From: Adineta vaga
Taxonomy: Eukaryota > Animalia > Rotifera
Reading direction: 5' to 3'
DNA length: 64,000 bases
NCBI GenBank assembly: GCA_021613535.1
Contig: CP075496.1
Location: 12,152,001-12,216,000, forward strand
In this document: one piece after another, positions 1 to 13,288 of the stretch
Position numbering within the stretch: the first letter of the stretch is position 1
How the letters are laid out: the number at the start of each line of letters is the position of its first letter
The notes under the pieces: generated by a model
Seen by the model: the letters and a program-made list of their open reading frames with translations, nothing else
What the model was told of the DNA's origin: nothing
Database searches by the model: none
Position numbers and translations under genes: made by a program

Positions 1-240
1 GTTTGTTTCTTCGCGATGTGCATACGAACATATATATGCATGTACAATAAATATTCGATGATTCATCGACTAGTCTTGCATAGGTCGATTTTATCAGTAT
101 ATAAATGAAAGTATCCAGTTTTTGGTTTTAGTTCAATGAACTAAATTAACGATTTAGATTAAGAAAATCAATTTTTTTTTCTTTTAGACAATATAAAAGA
201 GCACATTTTGTCTTAAGCGACAGAGTGACGGCGAAGTCTG

Positions 241-3200
241 ATGTTAACCACTCCGACGACGACGAGTATTCAATATTCTTTACCTACTGATGATGTTTTT
301 AAAATTGGTTCGTTTGTCATACAAATTGTTTGATTACATAATCAATCATTTGTCCATTTATTTCTATTTCCTTTCATTCTTTTTTTTTTGTGTTTAAATA
401 GTAGACATGACATCAAGCCAGTCGCCTTCTGATGGTTTCGTTGGATTACCGCCTCCTCCTCCTCCACCGCCTGCACCACCTGTATTCAATAACAATACAA
501 ATAACTTGTGTAAAATTTTACTTCCACATCAAGAAGTTAATCTTGTTATTAATCGTTCTAATGTTACGGAAATTCAAGCACGTTCTGTTCCAACAATGCT
601 CATGGCGGGCAATAATATTTGGACACGACGTGTATTACCAAATCTTCGAATACAACAAACTGTTTTTGATCAACATTATGGTGAATCAAAATCATCAATG
701 ACAGGTCATTATCGACGATCAAGTCTTACAACATCATTTATAGGAGGAGGAGGACTCGGCGGTATGAATGATGATGGACCACTATCATTTGTTTTACTTG
801 ATGCTACATCTAAAATGCTTTATGATGTACCAATGCGTCATCTACTTCAATTGGTGAAAAAAGATCATGATGATGATGCTAGTATTGATCATGTTATTCG
901 AGCTATTGATGAAACACACATGAATTCAGAATGGTAAGTGAAAATTACATATTTTTCTTTGTTAACAAAAAAAACAATATTTCATCATCAACATTGATAT
1001 AATATTATTTAATTTATGTTAACTTTCTTTCTAACAACGTCTACATTTCAAATGTTTCTATGTTGAGTTTGAAAAAGAAAGATCCTTGAACAAATGTTTG
1101 ATTGACTTTGAGGATTCTTAGTTAGTAGTATTCGAAAAACAAAAATGAAAATTTAAGGTTTCTTAGAAATCTGCATTATTATAAGAATAATAACAATTGT
1201 TCTTTTATCTTAGGCTTGATGCTGTTACTGCTTTGAATAAACAATTTGATAAACGACCTGAAGATAAAGCTCGAGTATTAGCACATAAAGGTTCTACACA
1301 TGGTTTGGTACTTATCGAACAATTTTTCGTTAAACTTGTTCGTGTGCCAGCTTATGAATTTAAATTGATTTATTTAAAATTTCGTGAAGAAGCACCAACA
1401 CAACTTGAACGTATGACTAAACATATTCATGATCTACTTGAAAGTGTTCAAGTTATTTTAAATAATGAACAATTACCAGGTATACTTCATTTACTCTGTT
1501 TACTTTATAATAGTATAACAGGTAAATCAATTCCTGGTCTTCATTTTGATTCACTTCTTTCTGTACTTGCAACGCGTACACCAAAACAAAATATAACAAT
1601 TGCACATGTTCTGTGTCATCTATTAGAAGAACAATATCCAACATTATTAAATATATTTGATAATCAAATATTATTAAAATTGAAAGATTTATCAGCAATT
1701 AAATATATACCAATTTACATTGATATACGTTTATTATATACACGTTATAAACAATTGAATAGTACATTAAGGGAATTACAACAACAATTAATACTTTTAC
1801 CTGAACATATCAAAATAACTTTAAATGATTTACAAGGTGTATTTACACGATTATTCGATGATGAAAATAAGATAAAGAAATGTGAAAAGGATTTAGCAAG
1901 TTATTTTTGTGTTTGGGATTTATCATTAGAAGTTTGTCTATCAACATTAGGACAATTTATTGATAAACTTCGTCTTGCTCATATGCAAAATGTTGAACAA
2001 CGTCGTCGAAATGATTTATTATTGAAACAGCAACTTCAACAGCAACGTGCTTATGAAAATCGAATTCTTCAAACACCAACAACATCACGTTTATTACGAA
2101 GTTCTCAAAATCAATATGGTTCAGATACAAATATCTTTCGTGATCATCTCAATGTACCATTAACACCAACAACAGCACGACAACGATTGAAAGTAAACAA
2201 AACATCCCGTGAACGAATTTGTGCTTCATCACGTGATGTTTCACATATCAATGATGATCGACAAGAACAAATGGAATCAACAGCAACCGCAACAACAGCA
2301 CCGGTAATAACAGCATCAATGCGTACACAGAATTTATTATCAAATACTGTACCACGTAAACGTGGTCATTCACCAACAGCTAAATCAGTATTTCCTAAAC
2401 GACCATTTAATGCTCTTCCAGTTTGTACACCAAGACAAGAACCAACATCTGATGATGTGTTCATTTCACCTGTAGGTAATAATGATAAAGAAATTGATCA
2501 AGATACACAAATGGATTGTTCAACAACAACAATGACAACTTCGGAAGAAATGAATTCAATTGATACAAATATGAATGATGATCATTCCTTACCATCGAAT
2601 GAAAAATCATCATCAACAGCTCGTGTTATATCAGTTTGTGAAATTCGACCATCATTTTATTTGACAACACCAATACGACGTTTATTTGATCCATCGAGTG
2701 ATCAATCAACACCCAATGATTCGATTTCATCGAATGAATATAAAATCAATTCATCAACAACACCGTCATTTACTGATTATCAACACTTTCAATATTCCGA
2801 TAATGATGATGAAAATAATAAAGAGAATTCAAATTATCTATCTACATTAACACCAATTACATCAACTGATACTCCAAATCAACCTGAGGTAAAGAAATCT
2901 AGTATATACAAGCTTATTCTTAACTATCCTACGCATTATTAGTCTGTAGTTTACTAACACTTTCTTTCATATTGTTCTTCTCTTTTTTCTTTCAAATTAA
3001 TTCTTTTGATTTTTCCTTTCTTTTGTTGACCGTTACATTTTCATTTCATTCTTCTTGTTGTGTGGTTTAGTTCAGTTTTTTTTCTGCTTATGCTACTTTT
3101 GTAGTTATCTCCTTGGTATACAAATTTATTTCATCAAATTTGGCATTCAACAATAATGACCGTTTCTTCAAGAAAATGGCATTGATTAAGAAAAAGAAAA

Positions 3201-5150
3201 GACATTATGTTTACCATCGTTTTTCCATTCATTTGTTAGAAACTATTTGTCGTCTGTTCCTTAGATCTAAGAAGATAGCAATTTTTCACGGCATATATCC
3301 GATAATATAGACATTGATATCATGGAATTGCGCGTGGATTAGACTGATCTTCTTCTTATTGAAAGATTATTGATTTGATTTGTTGTTTTTCTTTGCGAAA
3401 CAGTGATGTTTTTTTTTACGAAGCAAAAAAGATCTTTATCATTTAGTATCATTATAGTTCTATTTTTGCGTTTTGTTTTTCATCCGGTTTCAGTTTTCTT
3501 TTTGATTTATTGTTAACTTTATTCATGATTTGTTTCGTTCTTTGCATCTAGTTGATATAGTACTATGTTTTGTATGAATGATTGATATTCTGATGACAAC
3601 ATTAAAAAGGAAAACAACAACGTAGATTTATATAACATAAAACACTATCATGCATGTTTGATTTATTTCATAATCACTGATTAGCTCTGTAGTTATACTT
3701 TTTTTCAAATTAGAAATGCTTTGCTTTATATAGAAACTAACGAACAAGTAAGTACATGAAAATAAAATATAAAATCTGCTATTCATTAGAGTTTAGATAA
3801 GATTTTTTTCATTTAAAAATCGATTCATTTTAGTCATCAAATTCTACAGAAGATGATAATCCACAATCTTCCAGTTCATCAGTACCTGCTGATCATTCTA
3901 ATGATGAAAATCATAGTTTACCTATCATAGCATTGTTATTATCTGATTCCGAAACATTGGATGAAGGTTTTGAAACTCAATCTAATATAAGTGAAACTGT
4001 AGAATTAACACCACGATTATCCCCATTGGAACCAATTGTAAATGAAACGAAATCGATTCCATTAGAAGAAACACTTGCCAATGATCTAACTCGACGTTTA
4101 ACATTCAATTCAACTCGTCGATTAAGTCACGATAGTAATATTCGTCATAATACGTCTAAACGAACACCTGTCTTCAGTAGTCGACCAACAAGTTTACTAC
4201 GAACATCTGCTTCAGCCTATAGTTATCCAACATTTAATTCAAATGGACTTCAAAATCAAGCGAAAAATTTATTAGCAAAACGTACACCATCAGCAGAAAG
4301 TTTACGATCGATATCAACAAATAATAATAGTAATAATAATACGACAGCTATTACAATTCGATCAAGTCGACATATTCAACGTTGTGCTGTATCTCGACGA
4401 ATTTGGACTGAAAAAGATACTGAAGACACATCGAAAACTCCAGCAACATCTCCACCACCAACTTTGACCATAACAGAACCAGATGACATTTCTACAGCTT
4501 CTACTGTAACTACAACAACCGTATCAAAAACAGCAATACCAACTAGTTCAACAAGAAATAATCGTCGTTTGACTATTTCAAAACCTAAAAGTAAAATTCG
4601 TACGATTCAATCCGTTGTTACTCCATCATCCCGTTCCAATTCTCCCAAGATTCGTAAGACATCTTTACGTCTTAATCATGCAAGTTCTTGTCAAAATGTA
4701 TCATCAACAACGAATACTAACTCGAAATCTTCTCTCGTCACTAAAACACGTTCACCGCCAAACTTTTTCTTGAACAGTAGTCAACTTCTTCGTTCCACAT
4801 TTATTCGATCAAATGAAAAACCACTACGTGCTTTTCAAATGTCAACTACACTAAATCAGGATTCTTCGGCACTCAAGCGACCATCACCAAGAGCTCGACG
4901 ATTATTTAGTTCAAGTAGTGATATTGAGTCAAGTTCAATTTCTTCACCGAAAACTCTTCGAAAACCTCCATCCTCTTATCATCATCAAAAATCTTCACCA
5001 TCGTCAACAAAAACTTCAACAAATAACGTTCTTCCATCGACTAGTGTACCGGCAAATCGAAAGAAATCGACTAGTACAACTGATTTACGACGAACAACTC
5101 CAATAAATAACAGTGTTTTTCAACGTTTAACTCCCGCAAAACGATTGTAG
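241..5150 (+). CDS. Formin-like protein (short FH1 polyproline, divergent FH2, long S/T/R-rich tail); INF2/FHDC1-like
   Basis: Spliced model ~241-307, ~402-933, ~1214-2888, 3834-5150 with GT-AG sites in frame. Contains PPPPPPPPAPP, lasso-like NIWTRR, and FH2-like EQFFVKLVRVPAYEFKL and ILHLLCLLYN...PGLHFDSL...TIAHVL. Basic Ser/Thr-rich C-terminal tail. Confidence 0.75.
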
Positions 5151-5412
5151 TATCTGCAAACTTTCTTTTCTCTCTCTCTCTCTGTTCATTTGTTTCTCAT
5201 TACTTTTTTCAATGATTTAAATTTATTTTAGTGACAAACAAATAATGCCATACGTTTCTTTGATTTTCTTTATACATATATTTTTTCCTTTTTCTTTTAA
5301 ACGTATATAACATCGAACAAGAAAACTAAACTTTTAGTTTAAAACAAATAACAAACAACAATAACAAGCAAAGAAGAAGAAGAAGAAAAAAACAAACAAA
5401 ATCAAATTTAAT

Positions 5413-7024
5413 TTAAACACATGATAAAAACGATGTCGTTGTGTTTATTAACAATGATGTTGAACGTTTACGTTCATTTTCTTTTACGGAGGTTCTTCGT
5501 TGTTGTTCAATCGTATTTTCTGTATTTGCTAAACGAATTTTATCAACGAATTGACCAATCGTTGATAAATAAATATCAACTGATAGATCATTTGAACAGA
5601 AATATGCAGCTAAGTTTTGTTCACCTTGTTTTAAAATATGTTCTTGTTGAAATAAGTTTTCCAATTGATTTTTTGTTTCATAAAGCATTGATGAAATAAA
5701 TAATGGTAAATCATAATGATCTTTCAATAGACAATATTCATATTCAATTTGTTGATATTGATCATAGATTTCACGAATTTCATTGTAAAGTTTTTCATAT
5801 TTAATCGAATGAAGTTTTTTTAATTCAATCAATGTTTCATCATTAATCGTATGAAGTAAAGAATTTTGATAATACTTATCAAGAATTTCAACTAAAACAT
5901 GTGCAACTGTTTTATTCGATTGATTCGTTGGTGAATTCAATGCATCGACTAATGAAATAAAATCCAGACCAGGTACACATTTATTCGATACAACATTATA
6001 TAAAAGACATAAAATTTGTAAGATTCGAGGTAAATATTCATGATTAAGAACACATTCGATTCCGTGTAGTAAATGATCAATAGATTGTTGAAATAAAATT
6101 AATTGTGAATGTAATTCATCACGATATTGATAACATTTTAATTTAAAATTATAATTTGGTATACGAAGAAGTTTAAGAAAGAATTGTTCAACTAAATTCA
6201 GTTGATTTAAATGTTCAAAATTAAAAGTTTCAAATCGAAGTTTATCTTTAGGATGTTTTTGAAATTGTTTATTCAATCGTTGAACACATTGAAGCCTAGA
6301 AGCAAAATTGAATGTCTTTCTATTTATTAACAGAAAAATAACGAAATCTTACCATTCACTTTGAATATTTCCTGTATCAATACCATAAAGAACATCGTCA
6401 ATTGTTGCATTATCTTTCGTTAATAATTGAAGTAAATGTCGCATAGTTACATCATAAGTAATTTGAAATGATTTATCAATTATTTGAAATGGTCGAGTCA
6501 TTGATGTTGTCATTGATGACGTTCGTGAGCGTTGTTCATTTAAATGATGATTCGTTTTAGTTTCTTTGATAAAAAATTTATTAACAACATCCATATCGAA
6601 TGATAATGTATTCAATGAAGTATCTGTTGTTTCTATGGATGATTGTGTCCAAATACTTGCTTCATTGTATTTAAAATTATAAAGTGGTCGTGCACGAATT
6701 TTGGCATATTGATGATTTGTATGATCAAGTAAAGGTGATGGCGTTTGATGTGGAAGATAAAAACTACCATCACTACTGTTACTACTAATGCTTAAACTTG
6801 CATGCGTTCGTTTTTTTGTATTGGTAAGAGTAATAAAATCTTGAAATGGTGGTGGTGTTGGCGTTGATGGAACTTGTAAATTTTCTAAAAGATTTCGTTG
6901 TTTTACTGTGCGACAGCCTAAATATAAAGAATTGTATAAAAATGAAAAGAAAATCGATAGTTTTACCCTCATAACCCATCGCCCAATCGACCGTAGTGAC
7001 CGAAGAGCTAGAGTAGTTCGGCAT
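5413..7024 (-). CDS. Second formin-like paralog (divergent FH2, no long tail)
   Basis: Exons ~7024-6967, ~6917-6351, ~6296-5413. Colinear similarity to the + strand gene (YDVTMRHLLQL vs YDVPMRHLLQL; SEW|L at the same intron; EQFFLKLLRIPNY; LAAYFCSNDLSV..STIGQFVDKIRLA). Confidence 0.75.
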
Positions 7025-7643
7025 TGTTTATGTATCGAACGAATAAAATCTAAACGATCGTAAATAAAATAATTGACTGAATGACTTCACTAAATGTTGT
7101 CGTTTCTCTTATTTGAAAATAAAAGAAATAAAATAAACAAAAAAGAATAACGTGTGTGTGTGCGTGCGTGTGTATACTTCAATTCGAATGAAAAACATGT
7201 TCATGAATAGTGAATATAAACAATTGATGTTAGAACGAGAGAGAAAGATAGAAAAGAGAAGAAAGTATGTATTTTCTTTTGGCAATATATCAACTGCGTA
7301 ATAGAAAAAAGAAGAGATGGACTTTGACCTACGATTGTGAATGCATTGAATGTTGAGAAAATGTTGAAAACCGTTTTTCGAGGGAAATTGTCTTTCTGTG
7401 TAATAATGACTACCAATGACATCTATTTGAAAAAAAGATTGATTTAAATTTTAAAAAAATGAAATCTTAATTGAATTATGATATTATTTGTAATAGATTT
7501 ATCGAAATTTAGACGTATGATGTTCTCTCCGTCTATCATTTGATAAGAAATGAAATCCAATAAGAATTTGCAACGGATTCAACCAGATATTATTTTTTTG
7601 TCAAAAAAAAAGTTCAACAATTGCATTGAATTGAACTATTCAA
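7025..7643. promoter_or_regulatory. Probable bidirectional promoter region (formin paralog / MAGT1)
   Basis: Head-to-head start codons ~620 nt apart. Positional inference only. Confidence 0.35.
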
Positions 7644-9722
7644 ATGAGGCAACTTGTGTGGCTATATTTACTTTATACGTGTGCGTTTTTCAATGTTCTC
7701 AGTAATGAGGTTGGATAAGAATTAACTTCTGTAGATAATCAATTTCAATTTATATATTATTTGATTTTATTAGAATGTCTTATCCGATAAGGTTCATCAA
7801 TTAACTGAATGGTCATTGAAAAAATCGTTGATTCGCTTGAATAGTGAACGTTTTAAACATTTTGTTCAAACAGCACCTAAAAATTACTCAATGATCATTA
7901 TGTTAACAGCATTATCACCACCACGACAATGTGGTGTTTGCAAGTAAGATGTTCATCAAATGATTTCGTTTTTTTGTTTTTCTTAAATTTGATTTCTTTT
8001 CCAAATTAAGACATGCACATGATGAATTTCAAGTTGTTGCACAAAGTTATCGTTTTTCTAATGCATTTTCAAATAAACTTTTCTTTGCAATGGTTGATTT
8101 TGATGAAGGAGCAGAAGTTTTCCAACATGTATGTGATTCATATTATTTCCTTAGAGAGATAATTATTTCGTTTGTGTTAGTTAAAATTAAATTCAGCACC
8201 GGTTTTTATGCATTTTCCACCAAAGTCTAAACCGAAGAAAGGTGATCAGATGGATCTTAATCGGTAAGTTAATTCTATTGGAGAGAAAAAATTGATTGAA
8301 TTGAAACAAAACACTAGTCGTGGATTTTCTGCTGATCAATTGGTAAAATGGGTTAAAGATCGTACAGAGATTCAAGTAAATTTTTGAAAAAAAAAGAAAG
8401 TCAACCATTACATAGATTTCTTTATCAACATCGTCTAGATTCAAATATATCGTCCACCAGATTACACTGGATTTTTAATATTCGGTTTTGCTGTAACAAT
8501 GATTGGTGCTTTACTTTATTTAAAACGAGATAATTTATCGTTTTTATATAATAATCTCGTTTGGGGAGTATTTATTATCGTAAGCATATGAAATTTTCAA
8601 TGAAAAGAGTTTTATTGTAGAGAATAAGTCATGAGAAGAATTGCGATACTATACTTTTAGCTTGCTATTTTAACTTGTATTTCGGGACAAATGTGGAATA
8701 GTATTCGTGGTACAACTCTTTCTCATCGTGATCAAAAAACAGGACACACTGTAAGTTTAATTTATTTTTCTATTTAGGGTGTTGTGTGTTATTTCATCTC
8801 TGGACAAACTTGGAATCTTATAAATAGTCCGCCATTTATGAATGCACGAAAAGATGCAACGGTAGAGTAATTACATGCGTGTATGAATCTTTACTAGTCG
8901 AAAAATTATTCTTTTCAGGAACTTTTTGCGAATGATTCACAAATGCAATATGTTGCTGAAACATACATAGTTTGTAGCTAAAGAAATGCATACTAACATT
9001 AACAATAGTTATTATATTGAATATTATAATAGGCAATTCATATACATACACGCATGTAATTCTTTTCCTGGAGACATTTTTTCGAATAGATTTTCTTAGA
9101 AAACTTGACTATGATTGTTTATTATTTATAGGAATATATTAGTCGAACATCAGGTCATCAATATATAATCGAGACATATATCGTAAGCCATGTATAATAT
9201 ATTTGGTCAACTTTCGAATTGCCTATTTCTTGATTCTTTTGATAACTATTGCTTTTGTTATGATTATCTTCTTAAATATTTGTTGATTGAACTAAATTAT
9301 TTTTCTTTTATTCTAGGTCTTCTTACTCTATATCCTTTTTCTATTAATATGAATGATTTTAAATTTAAGAAAACAGAAAAAATATTGCTTATTTTCCTTA
9401 ACTTTTTCTTTTTTACATTTTGGAGTTTGTGTTGGCATGATTTTACTGAATGAAGCACCAAAAATTCGATCGAAACGAGGAAAACGTCGATGTAATTTCG
9501 AAATCTTTTCAAATCAATAGAATCCTATCTTGCTATTCATTTTAGCAATCATGGCTATTGTTGGTATCATTATTGTTATCTCCTTGTTCAGTTTTATCCT
9601 TTCTGTATTTCGATCAAAATATCAAGGCTATCCATATAGGTTTGTTTTTTTTTCTTTTATACAACAGATCTCTTCCATTGACTATGAATACATTTGCATT
9701 TTTTAGTTTCTTGCTCAAATGA
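7644..9722 (+). CDS. MAGT1: OST3/OST6-family oligosaccharyltransferase subunit (MAGT1/TUSC3 ortholog)
   Basis: Many short exons absent from the ORF track. Signal peptide [10 protein letters not shown]..., thioredoxin-like [23 protein letters not shown] (CxxC), [29 protein letters not shown], and C-terminal [18 protein letters not shown]-stop. Confidence 0.93.
8661..9182 (+). other. Two pairs of duplicated alternative exons in MAGT1/TUSC3 (A1 8661-8750, A2 8778-8861, B1 8919-8969, B2 9132-9182)
   Basis: All four are AG/GT flanked and phase 0-0. A1 [30 protein letters not shown] matches A2 [29 protein letters not shown]1 [17 protein letters not shown] matches B2 [17 protein letters not shown] (both 51 nt). 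Confidence 0.85.
9330..9416 (+). other. U12-type (minor spliceosome) AT-AC intron
   Basis: 5' end ATATCCTTTT, branch site TTCCTTAAC at 9394-9402, terminal AC at 9415-9416. Removal restores the frame [19 protein letters not shown]. Confidence 0.9.
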
Positions 9723-12700
9723 TACATTTACTGTGATAAATATCATTAGCAATACATTCCAATTATGTTCAGCAAACAACCTACTATACTAACATTTATT
9801 TTTCATATCATCTTAGAATTCTTTTAACTGTTATCTCTATCTTACTAGTTAATCAAGTGTAAACGATAAATCTTTTGTGTTGTTGCTTTGCAAACAAGCT
9901 AATACAATAGGGAGAAAAGGTGATCATAATCTTCGCTTATTATTGCATATATTGTTTCTTTATTTCTTCTTCTGAATAAACCATAGTCCATTCCTTATCA
10001 ATAAATTACATGAATAAACTTGATTATTGAAGTTATACATCAGTCAGGATGATAATGGCAATAGTATCAATATAAATCCTTGATTTGCTACTTTGAACTC
10101 TGACATAACAGATAGAGAATTAATTTACAGATTGAAAACGATAAAAGCATCAAAAGACTTGATCTTTTTAGAAGAAAACTATATGGTAAAGTATCATAGA
10201 ACAAAACACATTTTTTTTTATCACGTTTCACTTTTGTCATAAACCTAACCGCCATTTGTACCGGAAAGATTTTTTATATTTGTCTATTCTCTTATCTTTC
10301 CAGCGCTCGTTTTTATTTGTCAGTGCTCTCTATGTAGATCTAATAAAATATTGATAAAATTATCTATGATGGATTTTCGACGATTTTCTATTCTCCGAGC
10401 AAAAGAACTCTCATCAGAGAAATCATTTTTATCCACAATAACATTTGAGTTCGATGTATGCTCAACAATTTTCCGTCAATTAACTATGTTGAATTGTCTC
10501 ACTTAGTTTTACCTGCCTCCTGTTATGTATTTATTTACTAAGAAAGGTCGTCTAAACAAAAAAATAGTATTTATTCGTTATATTTTCGTGCTTTCTTTCT
10601 TTCTTTCTTTTTTCATGTGATTACTATGTATGATTATTTACTCAAGAAAGAATTCATTGTATAATACTTTTCGTTTGAAGTAATATCTGTCTAGGGATCA
10701 TTGATATTTCTTTCTATTTCCAATTAATCGATTGTAATTAAATGATCTGATGACTTTGACGCAAGCAGAAACAAACGACATACAATTGATTGTTTATAAA
10801 GACGAAGTACCCATACTTGCTTTCTTTCATCTTCAGATTGTGTGTTAGCATTTATTTTTCCATTAGCTTCAACCCTCTCGTTCTCTTCATTGGAGAATAC
10901 GACAAAAAAAATACACATATATACGCATGCAGTTTTTTGTTTCTGTGGAAAAAAGACCTCATTTTGATATCTTTGTCAAGTGGGTGGTAGTAGTTTTGCT
11001 TACTTTTGTCTTTTCTTGTTACTTGTGTACATCATCATCATCATTTCAGCATAGGATTTCTCCTATGAGAGATAAAGAGATACAATGAAACGCGATTGTG
11101 TACAAAAAAAGAGTTTACAATTAGTAAATAGTAAACGGTGAGAAAGAGAAAAGAGGAATATCGAAAGAAAATAAAGGATTTCATTTGGTAACATAATACA
11201 ATACTATTTAGGTAAGTTGATCGATCATTTTTCTCTCTGAATCTTTCGATTAGCATATATGTGCATATAAAACCGAGTGAAAATGACTATATAAATCGAA
11301 CTAAATGAAGCGTATATAAGACCGTATCTTTCTAATGTACCATCCAATTGAACTAATAGATAAAAACTAGGAAGACAAGATTTGTTTATATACTCTTTGT
11401 GACTAGCGAACATTGACAAGGTTATTTTTATTTCAAGTACAGTTCTGTCATGTCTTTGCTTGTATACAAGGCTTCTTCTTTATACTTAATAGTAGCAACG
11501 AAAGAAAAGGACTATTCTTTTCTTTGACGACATATAACATTGACATAGTTCAGACATATAAGATCAGTTCATAGAAATGATTAATCGAAAATAATACTGT
11601 CAAAATTTCACGTAAGTTCGATTTTTATTTATTAGTGAAATTATATAGAACAGTTTGAAATAGAATAAATAAAACATGACAGGAGATGCTTATTCCTACT
11701 TCTCTTTCATTACAAATTAACGTTCGTCATATTGAAAAGAGAAGAAAAAATCGCCTCGAACCAACGAATTTCATATTTTTCACAGTTCGCAAAATACTCT
11801 ATGACGTACGCATGCATCGTAGAATTTTATGATAGAATGAAGAAAAAAAAGGAGACATTCTTTCTTTTTTTTTCAAGGTCAGATAGTAAGGACAAGACAT
11901 AAAAAGTGGTATTACTTCAATCATTTATACCAGAAGTCAGTTATGAATGGTATCACTGTCAAGGCTACAAATTCGCAGAGTTAGACGAACAGATTGATTG
12001 ATGTTTAGGGAATAGATTAACTTTGTTTTTTTCCTTTGAGTTGATTTTTTTTATAAGGAAATTAATGTTATTCTAGTAGGATCAAACCGACCAAATGATC
12101 TCATTTTACATTAATGTCCTTCATCACGTGGATAACATAACAGTTGTTTTCGGTACGGAAACATAAAATATTACTCTGACGTTGACAGCAAGCCATTATC
12201 ATTCCATTACGATTTGTTAACTGTGCTCAACCACTTTCTTGTTAGAAAACGATTAAACGATTGATTAAAAGACGTTTGTTCTGTATTTTCTCATGAGTAC
12301 TAACTTATATGTGCAAACATACATACATACTTACATACATATACGATGTAATGTAGTTCTATTTCAATTTCATTTATGAGATAATTCACAATAGGGCATG
12401 ACGTAATGTCGCTTAACAAAGAGAGAAAAAAACGTTGATCATCATAGTTCTTTATCATTCTGCTAAAACGATAACTGTATTATCCTTGTAAGACAAGGTT
12501 GTTTGACTCTTCCTGTTGATTATGCAATTCTCATTTTTTCTGCTTCTTTTCTTTATTCTATGTACTACATTTGACTAGATTTTCAGATCAATTCATCTCA
12601 GTAGATACATATATAAAGAGACGAAAAGAGAGAGAGAGGGAGAGAGAATAAACACGATCAGATGGCAACTGCTGGCATTTGAAGAAAAAAAATTTCTTTT

Positions 12701-13288
12701 TTTCATTTTACAGAGAAGAACAAGAATAATAGAAATTCAATGTTCGTTTATGTTTTATTGAGACAATCGTTTGTGTGTACACAGTAGAAATAGTGTGCGG
12801 CATTTCTTTCCTCCCTTCTTCTTCTTCTTCTTCATCAATGTACGATAGGACATTGCACTATTGTGTAGATTCTTATGTATATCCGTATTCGATTACAAAC
12901 CGAAGTGTGTTGATTACTATAGCCTATACGATGATTGATACCTAATCATAGCATTACATCGTATAATAAAAGTAAAAAATGATATCATCAAGACATCCAA
13001 ATATTTCACAGAGGGAAAGAGAGAGAGAGAGAATGCAGAATAGGAAGAGAGAAAAATAATTGAATGAAATATAAAAATACCACATAAATTTTTTTCTATC
13101 ATTTACTTTTTTTTCTTTTTTGCCTTGAAAACACGTAAGTAATATATATATTCGCAATATCTTGATAACACATCAAAACCTAATCATATCATCACGTCCA
13201 TATAAGACCACAGATATTCATCAATCATCTTCATCTGTTTTTCTCATATCTTTCAGACCAATCTTCGTCTAGTCACTCTTCATCGAAC

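Noticed and set aside
11542-11556. 15-nt match (GACATAGTTCAGACA) to the reverse complement of ~28191-28205
   Set aside because: A few matches of this length are expected by chance in a 64-kb self-comparison, and there is no flanking similarity.
9723-13288. Short ORFs in the long intergenic region
   Set aside because: F/L/I/K-rich translations typical of AT-rich non-coding DNA, with no splice-consistent model or motif.
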